64,000 nt of DNA, from assembly GCA_023300545.1 (NCBI GenBank), contig JALZVT010000167.1, positions 153 to 64,152 on the forward strand, written 5' to 3'. The notes under the pieces were generated by a model. The model had not been told where the DNA came from, ran no database searches, and worked only from the letters and a program-made list of their open reading frames with translations. Positions 33,043 through 41,680 of this stretch are shown here, in pieces. The stretch is from Pseudomonadales bacterium. Its GTDB lineage: Bacteria > Pseudomonadota > Gammaproteobacteria > Pseudomonadales > Azotimanducaceae. Positions within the stretch are counted from its first letter, which is position 1; every line of letters starts with the position of its first letter. Made by a program: the position numbers and the translations under genes.

Positions 33043-34881
33043 ATGTTGGCAATTCATCGCCACATACTGTTCACAATATGCATTGGGCTGGGTGCTGCTT
33101 GTTGCTTGGTTTGTGCGGGTCCAATATCAGCGGCTAGCCTGGCGCCCGCCGATACGACTCTTGCAGTTGAGGTTGAGGAGGCTGCTGCTGAACTTGAAGG
33201 CTTTAAGGAATCAGAAGGCGGCCCCGAAGCGGGCGCTGAAACTGAAAATGCGCCGGTAATAGAGGTTGTTAGTGACGAACCCGAAGAGCCGCCAGAACTA
33301 ACCGAGGCTGAAAAGGCCGAGAAGCGGTTACAAGATTCACTGGCAGCGCTCCTCTCGCTGGTGGAGTTACGGGATCGGTTGAAGAGCGATATTCATGGCG
33401 TTACGCAGGAATTGACCGCTGCGGAAACGGATGTCGAGCGGACAGACTTCACCACGCGAATCGCATCACTTAAAACGGATCTCGATCTCACTGAACACAA
33501 CATCAGTGAAATTGCGACGGGTGCAGATTTGGCGCAGTTGGGAGAGGCTGAGCAGCAGACTTTTGACTTTCAACAGGAGTTGTTCTCGCTGTTGGAACCG
33601 TTGATGAAAGAGCTCAAGGGGCTCACCAGTCACGTGCGAGCGAAAACAGTACAGCGGGACAAGATCAGCTATTACAAAGAGCGCATTCCTATTGCTAATG
33701 AGGCGTTAGTTAATCTTGCTCGACTCATCGAGAATACCAACGCCGGGGGTTTGCGTAAGAGCTTGCGCGATATGCAGAGTGAATGGCGAGATCAGTTGAC
33801 GTTCTTGTCGAGCCAACTCAGTTCTGCCGAGTTTCAACTCGATAAGCTTGAAAGTACGGAGGTGTCTCTGTCTGAAGCCTCGCAAAGCTATTTTAAAACT
33901 TTTGTGCGTACCCGCGGGCTTTATCTTGGCCAGGCGATACTGGCGGTTCTTGGCATACTTCTGATTGGGCGGTTGCTCTACCGGGGACTAGAGCGGTTTG
34001 TGCCCGGCTATCGCGCAGAACTCCGCAACTTTCGAATTCGACTGTTCGACCTGCTGTTTCGCATCGGGATTATGCTGGCCGCAATCCTTGGCCCAATGGT
34101 GGTGTTCTACATGGCCGAAGACTGGATGCTGTTTAGTATTGGGCTGTTGCTGTTGTTGGGTATTGCACTGACTCTACGCACAGCAATTCCCAGGTTCTGG
34201 AGCCAGATTCAGTTGTTTTTAAATATAGGGAGTGTCCGGGAGGGGGAGCGCATAGAACTCGACGGACTGGCCTGGAAGGTCAAACAGATCAACTTCTACA
34301 GCACGCTCGAAAACCCAACGGCAGATCTTGAGTTGCGAGTGAAGATTGATGAGCTGGTCGATCTGCGATCCCGTCCCTACACCTCGTCAGAGCCATGGTT
34401 TCCCTGCCAGAAAGGCGACTGGGTTTTGTTCCCGGATTCTCGTCGCGGCAAGGTTGTCGGTATTTCTCCAGAGTTGACCCAAGTGATTGAGCGCGGCGGC
34501 GCGCACCGCACCTTTGTTACCCAAGACTTTTTAGCTCAACAGCCCGTTAACCTCTCGACGAATTTTCGGCTCAAGGAAACTCTGGGCATCAGCTATGCCC
34601 ATCTGAACATCGCAACCACCGACGTGCTAAGTAAGCTCGAGGCCTTTATCAAATTGCGGGTGGTTGAAGAGGGTTATGAAGAGTCGCTGCTGAACCTACG
34701 TGTTGAGTTTGAAAACGCGAGTGACTCGTCATTGGACGTGGTTGTTATCGCAGACTTCAGTGGTCAGCTTGCCGATATTTACAACCGTCTGCGTCGCGCT
34801 ATACAGCGTTGGTGTGTTGATGCGGCGGCGGCTAATGACTGGGACATTCCATTCCCACAGATTACTGTGCACCGAGTCTAA
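33043..34881 (+). CDS. Mechanosensitive ion channel family protein (MscS-like, large periplasmic N-domain)
   Basis: GGAGA SD before ATG 33043. Signal peptide, coiled-coil periplasmic region, several TMs, then an MscS-type pore/beta-domain segment LFLNIGSVREGERIELDGLAWKVKQINFYSTLE. Confidence 0.78.
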   Translation: MLAIHRHILFTICIGLGAACCLVCAGPISAASLAPADTTLAVEVEEAAAELEGFKESEGGPEAGAETENAPVIEVVSDEPEEPPELTEAEKAEKRLQDSLAALLSLVELRDRLKSDIHGVTQELTAAETDVERTDFTTRIASLKTDLDLTEHNISEIATGADLAQLGEAEQQTFDFQQELFSLLEPLMKELKGLTSHVRAKTVQRDKISYYKERIPIANEALVNLARLIENTNAGGLRKSLRDMQSEWRDQLTFLSSQLSSAEFQLDKLESTEVSLSEASQSYFKTFVRTRGLYLGQAILAVLGILLIGRLLYRGLERFVPGYRAELRNFRIRLFDLLFRIGIMLAAILGPMVVFYMAEDWMLFSIGLLLLLGIALTLRTAIPRFWSQIQLFLNIGSVREGERIELDGLAWKVKQINFYSTLENPTADLELRVKIDELVDLRSRPYTSSEPWFPCQKGDWVLFPDSRRGKVVGISPELTQVIERGGAHRTFVTQDFLAQQPVNLSTNFRLKETLGISYAHLNIATTDVLSKLEAFIKLRVVEEGYEESLLNLRVEFENASDSSLDVVVIADFSGQLADIYNRLRRAIQRWCVDAAAANDWDIPFPQITVHRV

Positions 34882-34907
34882 GATGTCCTCATAGGGCGCC
34901 ACTTGGG

Positions 34908-37385
34908 TTAGAGCACTGTCGCCCGTAGCGCCAGGAACACGTAGCGGCCGTTGAAGCCCCAGGGCGAATAGTTGGAGAAGGGCTGTTCGCTGGGGTTGGC
35001 TGTTAGTGTGCTATCAGGTTCGAAAACGTCAGGGTATGCGTCGAGCAGATTCAGCCCGCCCAGTGTGGCGGTGACGGTGTTGTTCAGTTGATACTCAAGG
35101 CTTAGGTCGATAAGTACGCCAGAACCGGTGTTGTGATCAGCTTCCGCCGTATCCCCAGGATGAACAGCGCTGCCGAACCAGGTCGCGCGCAGTTCCAGGC
35201 CGGTCTTTTCCCGCTGCCAGTTGGCACGCATGTGCACTTTGGTTTCAGGCCCGCCCTGTTCCAGCCGTTGCAAAACGCGACGTCCGACCGCTTGAGTGGC
35301 CGTGATGTTGTTGGCGCTTGCGTTGGTGGAATAGATGCTGGCGTCGAGGTCTAGGTCGATATGACTTGCTGGCAAGTTGACGCGATAGCTTGTGCCTAGG
35401 TCGAAGCTGGTGGTTTTGCTGTCTGCACCGTTAGTGAAAAACGCGAGACGCTCAGCGTCAATTCCGCGTCCGACGAACAGTGCATCGACCGCTGCCCCGG
35501 CCAACGCTTCGCTCAGTAGTACACGATCGTCGATATCGAGCCAAGACGCTGCAGCGCGGACGCTGAAATCGTCTGTGAACTGGTAGTTGGCTGAGAGGTT
35601 GGCGGTTAAGGACGTTTCTGCCTCGAGTTCTTTGCCACCAAAGGCTGCGAGTGCCGTATCGTCGTTGCGCAGTATTTCGACACGCGTCAGTGTTTGATCG
35701 AAGTAGCGCACAAAAGTGCCGTTGTAAAACCGTTGGCCCATGTCTGGGGCGCGATGGCCTTTGCTGATGTCGACGTTGATTAGGGTTTTTGGATTTGGGC
35801 GAAAGCTAGCGGCTGCATTGATATCGAATTGCGCATCAATGTCGTCGTAGTCAGTGAAACGTGCACCAAATCGAGTGCTAATGGCACCGTCGCGCCAGCT
35901 GTTGTGTAGCTCGGCAAAACCAGCGTAACTTGCGCGGCCTTCATCAAATTCATGGCGTTCGCGTATGCCGATGACTTGCTGTGAGCCTGCGGGGAGAAGC
36001 TGCCCAGCGGCATCAAGCGCGCCGCCTGCGATTCTTGACGCGGTATCACCGCGCTCGATCTCATGCCCAGCCGACTGGTAGTCAAAGCCAGCCAGCAGAT
36101 GGCTGTGCTCGGCAAACGACAAGCTAAGATCGCGGCTAAGCTTAAGTGACAGCTCCTGAATGCGACTCTCATTATTGCCGATCAGAAATGCGGTGGGCGT
36201 GGCCTCGCCTGATGCACTCTCAAGACTTAGGTTAATACTGTCCTGCAGACTCCAATCCAGCTCGTCTTCGCCTTGATGGTAGGTGGCGAGCCAATCCCAA
36301 CCAAAGTGGTTGCCACGCAGTTGTAGCGTCAGAGCCAGACCGTCGCTGTCTGAGGTTTGTTCGGGGACGAAGCCTTCTGGGTAGGTCGGCAAGGAGCTCG
36401 GTAGGTCGACTGGGCGCTGGTATGCCGCGAAGCTTTTTGCGGTGCGCGCGGCGTAGGTGAACAGCATGTTGAAGGTCATGCCGTGCACCGCCTGCTCCAA
36501 GGCGGCGGAAAAATTCAATTCCTGAGTGTCCGCATCGCCGAACCGTTGCAGCAATCGTTCGGTGGTGATTTCGCGCTGATCGAGGGCGCCGTTGTCGAGC
36601 GGGTAGAGGCGCCCTGGGCTGAAGCCTTCGCGGGTGGTGCGTTTGCGGTCAAGGTAGCTGGCTGCTGCGGTCAGGCTGCCGTTTTCTCCCACGCGAAAGC
36701 CCCAACTACCACCGAGGCGTAAGGTATCGCCGTCGCCGTCATCAGGGTTTCTGTCGCCAGCGGTGCCCAGCACCGGTTCGCCGTTTATGACTCGTGTACC
36801 AAGCGCGTCTGCAACGTCCGTGATTTCTGTGCTGTGTTGCCCGAAGTCGCCATAGAGTTGGCCGCCATTGGCACGCTGTTTGAGAATGACGTTGATGACC
36901 CCTGCAGCACCGGCGCTGCCGTGCAGAACGCTGCCGTTAGCCCGGGTGATCTCAACACGCTCAACGGCGGCAAGCGGTATTGCATCAAGATCGACGGCCA
37001 GTGAGCCCTGGGCCGGGGTGTCAGTGACGTGGGTAATTGCTGACTTGTAACGGCGTTCGCCATTCACGAGCACGAGTACCTGATCAGGCGACAAGCCGCG
37101 ATCCTGAAGCGTCTGGACGTGGGCGCTGTTACCGCGATTGGCAGCCGTTGGGCTGGTGAAGCCTGGAACGAGGGCAGCAAGCGCAGTTGAGAGTCGTGGG
37201 TGACCGTTATCGAGCTGGTCGGCGGTAAGCACCAACGTTCTGTCACTGAACCGAGCGCTCCCGCCAGCCGTCTTAGAACTGGCGGGCTCGCTGGCTATCA
37301 CGGGCTGCCCCAGGATTGCGATGCCCCCCGCTAGCAACAGCTGGCGGGCGATGGCTGAAATAGCAGGCGATGTGATTGTGCTCAC
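34908..37385 (-). CDS. TonB-dependent outer-membrane receptor
   Basis: 825 aa with GTG start and AGGAA SD. Signal peptide, plug domain (VLVLVNGERRY, IERVEITRANGSVLHGSAGAAGVINVILK) and a long beta-barrel region. Confidence 0.88.
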   Translation of the reverse strand: MSTITSPAISAIARQLLLAGGIAILGQPVIASEPASSKTAGGSARFSDRTLVLTADQLDNGHPRLSTALAALVPGFTSPTAANRGNSAHVQTLQDRGLSPDQVLVLVNGERRYKSAITHVTDTPAQGSLAVDLDAIPLAAVERVEITRANGSVLHGSAGAAGVINVILKQRANGGQLYGDFGQHSTEITDVADALGTRVINGEPVLGTAGDRNPDDGDGDTLRLGGSWGFRVGENGSLTAAASYLDRKRTTREGFSPGRLYPLDNGALDQREITTERLLQRFGDADTQELNFSAALEQAVHGMTFNMLFTYAARTAKSFAAYQRPVDLPSSLPTYPEGFVPEQTSDSDGLALTLQLRGNHFGWDWLATYHQGEDELDWSLQDSINLSLESASGEATPTAFLIGNNESRIQELSLKLSRDLSLSFAEHSHLLAGFDYQSAGHEIERGDTASRIAGGALDAAGQLLPAGSQQVIGIRERHEFDEGRASYAGFAELHNSWRDGAISTRFGARFTDYDDIDAQFDINAAASFRPNPKTLINVDISKGHRAPDMGQRFYNGTFVRYFDQTLTRVEILRNDDTALAAFGGKELEAETSLTANLSANYQFTDDFSVRAAASWLDIDDRVLLSEALAGAAVDALFVGRGIDAERLAFFTNGADSKTTSFDLGTSYRVNLPASHIDLDLDASIYSTNASANNITATQAVGRRVLQRLEQGGPETKVHMRANWQREKTGLELRATWFGSAVHPGDTAEADHNTGSGVLIDLSLEYQLNNTVTATLGGLNLLDAYPDVFEPDSTLTANPSEQPFSNYSPWGFNGRYVFLALRATVL

Positions 37386-37448
37386 GAAAATTCCTGTTTC
37401 TTGAGTGTTGCTGGAGTCCGTGGGTGAGGACGTGGTTTACGTCAAAGC

Positions 37449-40046
37449 TTAGCGGCCGCCTGCTTTCAGCTTGATTCGCTGCGCCGCATCGCGTTCGATG
37501 CGGTAGCGGCTGTATAAGAGTGGAAAGCTCTTTTCTTTGGCCCAGCCTTCGAGCAAATTGGCATAGAAAGGGGAGCGCGGATCGCCGGACTGGCCGGGTG
37601 CGTTGGTCATCCAGGCGTTGTCCCAGTTGCCTACGTCGAGCACCATCCGAAACGACGCGCCGCTTCTGACTCGAAAGTCATCTGGTAGAAAGCCCGTGCT
37701 GTTGGTGGTATTGCCGCTGCCGCCACGTGGGTAAACCGGCAGACCAAACTGCTCGCGATCGGCGTCGTTCATATGCGCTTGCAGTGGATGAGTAAATTCC
37801 ATGCGGTGCAACGTGCCCCACTTCCAGGATTTTGGGTTATCGCCGAGCAACGCCTGGGCTTCTTGCCAGGCACTGGCGAGGGAGGCTTCTATGATCTCGG
37901 GAGAGCTCGACATCTTGTCGACAACGGCAAGGCTGTCCATGGCGCTCAGCTTCCCTTCTGAGAGGTGTGCAGCCAGTTGGGGCGTTAAGTGACGATAAAA
38001 CCAGATGGCGTACAGGGCAGCGGGTCCTGAGCTTGGGTTCAGTCGGCCTTTCCAGTATTGCAGGTAGCGCAGCGCTGGTGCGTGGGCTTCATTTGCGCCT
38101 CTGGGCAATATCTTGGGCAGCTTGCTGATAACGCTCTTGGCGAGGACAGACGTGTAGTCACGCTGCAACGACAATGAATTTTCAGGTTTGAACTTGCCGG
38201 GTTGCGACAACACTTCCTGAATTCTCTGGAAGCGCCAGGGTGCGCTCCACTCGAAGCCGACACGGTAGGTATCTATGTCGTAGTCCTCAGGTAGGCTCAT
38301 GGCGTTGGCCGTGCCGACCCAGTTACGCTCGGGGTTGAATTCTTCCGGCAGTACATCCATGTCCCAAAAGCCGTCCCACTCGTAACGACCGTCGCCGGGA
38401 ACAGGCAGTAGTCCATCAAAGTTGCGGCGCTTGGGGAAAAGCCCAGCAGGCTTGTAGCCGATGTTACCGTCGATATCTGCAAACACCTGATTTTCGGAAG
38501 GGGCGCCCCAGCGGTTCAGCGCCGCGACAAACTCCCGCCAGCTATTGGCGCGCATGTACTCGACACTACCAAAGTAAGGGGCCATGCCCGGCTGTAACCA
38601 GGCGGCGCGAACGGCAAAGGCTTTGCCTGATTTTGTATCACTATGAACAACAGGACCGTGTCGGGTGTAGCGCAGTTGAACCTCAACGGGGCTGGCATTT
38701 TTCACCTTGATGGTGTCGGTGACTTCGGTGAAGGCTTCGAATCGGCCGGCGTAGGTATAGCCGGTGTAGTTTGGCACTGGGGCTGTTTCAGCGACAACCG
38801 CGGGCTCTGCTGAGCCAGCAGGCGTTTTGTCGTCGCCGCTTGCGTCTGCAGGCGAACTCGAGGCGTCTTGCGGCGTTGCCGGGTCAGCCAATGGCGCAGC
38901 GGTAACGCGCGTCAGCGGGTCTTCTGCCAGCTCGTAAACATAGAGGTCTTCGTGATCAATTGGAAAGATCGTTAGGCCAAAGGCAATGTTCTTGTTGTGG
39001 CCAATAGACAGGCCAGGTAATGCTGGCTCGCCCGCGCCAATCACGTCTAGGCCAGGCGCTTTAAGGTGTGCGATATAGCGCAGTGAAGGCACGGCATGGG
39101 CTCGATGTGGATCGTCAGCGAGTATGGGCCGGCCGGTGCTTGATTTCGCAGGCGCAATCGCCCAGTTGTTGCTGCCCAGGGCGGTGTCCAACGCTTTGTC
39201 CCGGCCAGCAGCTAGAGTCGCGGCCATCAGCTTAGAGGCGTCGTCGAAGCGAACGGGAGCGGTGGCCAACAGATAGTCGTCGAGTACGTTGTCCGGAATG
39301 CTGCAGGGGTCTAGCCCCTCCGGCACTTTGGTTTGCCACTTGGGTTCGAGAACCTTGGTCAATTGAGTCAGTTTTTGATCGCCAGCGCAGAACGCTTTGG
39401 CACGCTCTACTTCGCGTGCCACGTTGCGCCACAGCCCATGGCTGCGAATCCGCACAATATCATCAGCGCTCCAGCGGCTGGGTGTGTAGTCGAGCAGGTC
39501 AAATTCCGGCGGCAGCAAATCTGGATTGTCGTTGAGTAACGCAAGCCAGGCGTTGATACCGGCAGTGAATGATTCTGCGATGCGTTTTGCATCGGAGCCG
39601 TAGGCAAGCCATTCGCTATACATGTCACCGCGATAGAGGAATAGACGAGCGGCGCGGTCTTGGGGCACGTACGCGGCACCAAATACTTCCGAGAGCTTTC
39701 CAAGTCCGCGACGGCGCCAGGTGTCTATCTGCCAAAGACGGTCACGAGCCGCGTTAAAACCTTGGACAAAAAACGCGTCGTAGTGGGTTTGGGCATAGAT
39801 ATGCGGCACGCCGTAGTTGTCGATGACAATATCAGCGTCTTTTTCGAGTCCGGGGACCGTGTAATGGAGAGTATCGGCATAGCTGGTTGGCACCACCAGG
39901 CCGCTTAGGAGGGTTCCCACGCAAAGCACGGCCCGGAGCGATGCTGTGAGTTTTTGGGTGAGTCCTACTGCGAGGCCTGAGACGCCCCTTGAGGCGCCTT
40001 CTGAAGAGATCGTGGAACAATAAGGAGAGGAACCCATTGATAGCAT
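37449..40046 (-). CDS. Penicillin acylase / acyl-homoserine-lactone acylase family Ntn-hydrolase
   Basis: 865 aa. Alpha-subunit signature DNYGVPHIYAQTHYDAFFVQGFNAARDRLWQID and beta-subunit N-terminal nucleophile motif GSNNWAIAP. Only 63 nt upstream of the TonB-dependent receptor on the same strand. Confidence 0.85.
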   Translation of the reverse strand: MLSMGSSPYCSTISSEGASRGVSGLAVGLTQKLTASLRAVLCVGTLLSGLVVPTSYADTLHYTVPGLEKDADIVIDNYGVPHIYAQTHYDAFFVQGFNAARDRLWQIDTWRRRGLGKLSEVFGAAYVPQDRAARLFLYRGDMYSEWLAYGSDAKRIAESFTAGINAWLALLNDNPDLLPPEFDLLDYTPSRWSADDIVRIRSHGLWRNVAREVERAKAFCAGDQKLTQLTKVLEPKWQTKVPEGLDPCSIPDNVLDDYLLATAPVRFDDASKLMAATLAAGRDKALDTALGSNNWAIAPAKSSTGRPILADDPHRAHAVPSLRYIAHLKAPGLDVIGAGEPALPGLSIGHNKNIAFGLTIFPIDHEDLYVYELAEDPLTRVTAAPLADPATPQDASSSPADASGDDKTPAGSAEPAVVAETAPVPNYTGYTYAGRFEAFTEVTDTIKVKNASPVEVQLRYTRHGPVVHSDTKSGKAFAVRAAWLQPGMAPYFGSVEYMRANSWREFVAALNRWGAPSENQVFADIDGNIGYKPAGLFPKRRNFDGLLPVPGDGRYEWDGFWDMDVLPEEFNPERNWVGTANAMSLPEDYDIDTYRVGFEWSAPWRFQRIQEVLSQPGKFKPENSLSLQRDYTSVLAKSVISKLPKILPRGANEAHAPALRYLQYWKGRLNPSSGPAALYAIWFYRHLTPQLAAHLSEGKLSAMDSLAVVDKMSSSPEIIEASLASAWQEAQALLGDNPKSWKWGTLHRMEFTHPLQAHMNDADREQFGLPVYPRGGSGNTTNSTGFLPDDFRVRSGASFRMVLDVGNWDNAWMTNAPGQSGDPRSPFYANLLEGWAKEKSFPLLYSRYRIERDAAQRIKLKAGGR

Positions 40047-40112
40047 CCTGCGGTTTATCGACGCGCCTGACTACAACGTTTCATTGGCGCAATTGGTGTG
40101 TACTCTAATACG

Positions 40113-40140
40113 AAAAGCCCGCGACCAAACGGTGGCGGGC
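40113..40140 (-). terminator. Intrinsic terminator downstream of nrdB
   Basis: The minus strand reads GCCCGCCACCGTTTGGTCGCGGGC followed by TTTT. This is a 6-bp GC stem plus 3 further pairs, about 60 nt after the nrdB stop. Confidence 0.65.
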
Positions 40141-40198
40141 AAATCGGTGATCATGCTGTGATGCTCGCTTCGGGATAGCAAGCATTAGGAGCGAAGCG

Positions 40199-41554
40199 TT
40201 AACTCCAATCGAGTGCCCCACCGGTTTGATATTCGGTCACACGAGTTTCAAAGAAGTTCTTCTCTTTCTTTAGATCCATGATTTCTGACATCCACGGGAA
40301 AGGGTTCTTGACGCCCGGGAACTGCTCTGGAAGACCAATCTGGGCCAACCGACGGTTGGCAATGAACTGCAGGTATTCAGCCATCATGTTGGCATTCATA
40401 CCAAGAACGCCGCGAGGCATGGTGTCTTGGGCGTATTCGATTTCGAATTGCGTGCCCTCGAGAATCATGCCCGTTGCCTGTTCTTGCATCTCTTGGTCCC
40501 ACAGGTGTGGATTTTCGAGCTTGATCTGATTGATGACATCGATACCAAAGTTCACGTGCATCGACTCATCGCGCAGAATGTATTGAAACTGCTCGGAGGT
40601 ACCCGTCATCTTGTTGCGACGGCCCATCGACAAGATTTGCGTGAAGCCGCAGTAGAAAAAGATGCCTTCTAGAACGCAGTAGTACGCAATGAGGTTCTTG
40701 AGCAACGCCTTGTCGGTTTCAACAGTACCGGTTTCGAACTTCGGATCGTTGATTTCTTGGGTGTACTTGAGTGCCCAGGACGCTTTTTTCGCGACTGAAG
40801 GAACCTCGTGGTACATGTTGAAGATTTCACCTTCGTCCATTCCCAGTGACTCGATGCAGTACTGGTACGCATGAGTATGGATCGCTTCTTCGAACGCTTG
40901 GCGCAGCAAGTACTGGCGGCACTCGGGGTTTGTGATAAGGCGGTACAGCGCGAGTACTAGGTTGTTGGCAACCAGTGAGTCGGCGGTAGAGAAAAAACCG
41001 AGGTTGCGTTTGATGATAGTGCGTTCGTCTTCTGACAGACCACCGTCTGACTTCCACAGACCAATGTCTGCGGTCATGTTTACTTCCTGCGGCATCCAGT
41101 GGTTGGCGCAGCCATCAAGATATTTCTGCCACGCCCAGTCATATTTGAACGGTACCAGTTGGTTGAGGTCGGCGCGGCAATTGATCATGGCTTTTTGATC
41201 AACGGTAACCCGCCCACTTCTTTTTGCGGGTGCTGACGCAGGAGCCTGTACAGGTTCGCTCACCACAATGGGCGCATCAAGGGAAACCGTTGATGCCGCC
41301 TGGGCTTGTTCACGCTGCAACGCTTCCTGCTGTGCCAGTTGCTCTGCTGCTTTTTGGGCAGCGAGAAGGCGAGCTTGTTCTTGTTCTTGTTGCTGTTGTT
41401 CTTGTTGGGCCGCGAGCTTGGCGGCGGCCGCCTGTTCGCGGGCCTGTTGTTGCGCCACAGCATCCTGTGCCAAACGTTCTTGCGCTAACGTTTGGGCAGC
41501 CTGTTCGGCAACTGCAGGGTTCTGGTCTTCTTCGTAATCGTCCCAGCTCAACAC
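40199..41554 (-). CDS. nrdB: Class Ia ribonucleotide reductase beta subunit NrdB
   Basis: GTG start with a strong AAGGAG SD. Pseudomonas-like MLSWDDY N-terminus. Di-iron/tyrosyl region [11 protein letters not shown] and a second ExxH region (DESMH). A long Q/A/E-rich N-terminal insertion is present. Confidence 0.92.
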   Translation of the reverse strand: MLSWDDYEEDQNPAVAEQAAQTLAQERLAQDAVAQQQAREQAAAAKLAAQQEQQQQEQEQARLLAAQKAAEQLAQQEALQREQAQAASTVSLDAPIVVSEPVQAPASAPAKRSGRVTVDQKAMINCRADLNQLVPFKYDWAWQKYLDGCANHWMPQEVNMTADIGLWKSDGGLSEDERTIIKRNLGFFSTADSLVANNLVLALYRLITNPECRQYLLRQAFEEAIHTHAYQYCIESLGMDEGEIFNMYHEVPSVAKKASWALKYTQEINDPKFETGTVETDKALLKNLIAYYCVLEGIFFYCGFTQILSMGRRNKMTGTSEQFQYILRDESMHVNFGIDVINQIKLENPHLWDQEMQEQATGMILEGTQFEIEYAQDTMPRGVLGMNANMMAEYLQFIANRRLAQIGLPEQFPGVKNPFPWMSEIMDLKKEKNFFETRVTEYQTGGALDWS

Positions 41555-41605
41555 GGGCGATGCTCCTTCTAAAATTCTGTGTTTCGACCTAAGTCTTTAG
41601 CCATT

Positions 41606-41630
41606 GTAAGACGCACAGTGTGCGTCTTAC
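41606..41630. repeat. Perfect 25-nt palindrome in the nrdA-nrdB spacer
   Basis: GTAAGACGCACAGTGTGCGTCTTAC could form a hairpin stem of about 11 bp. There is no adjacent U-tract on the minus (transcribed) strand. Confidence 0.8.
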
Positions 41631-41680
41631 GTGAAAGCTATTTAAAAGCCATCTGAAAACAATGTTGGATGCGTGGCGGC

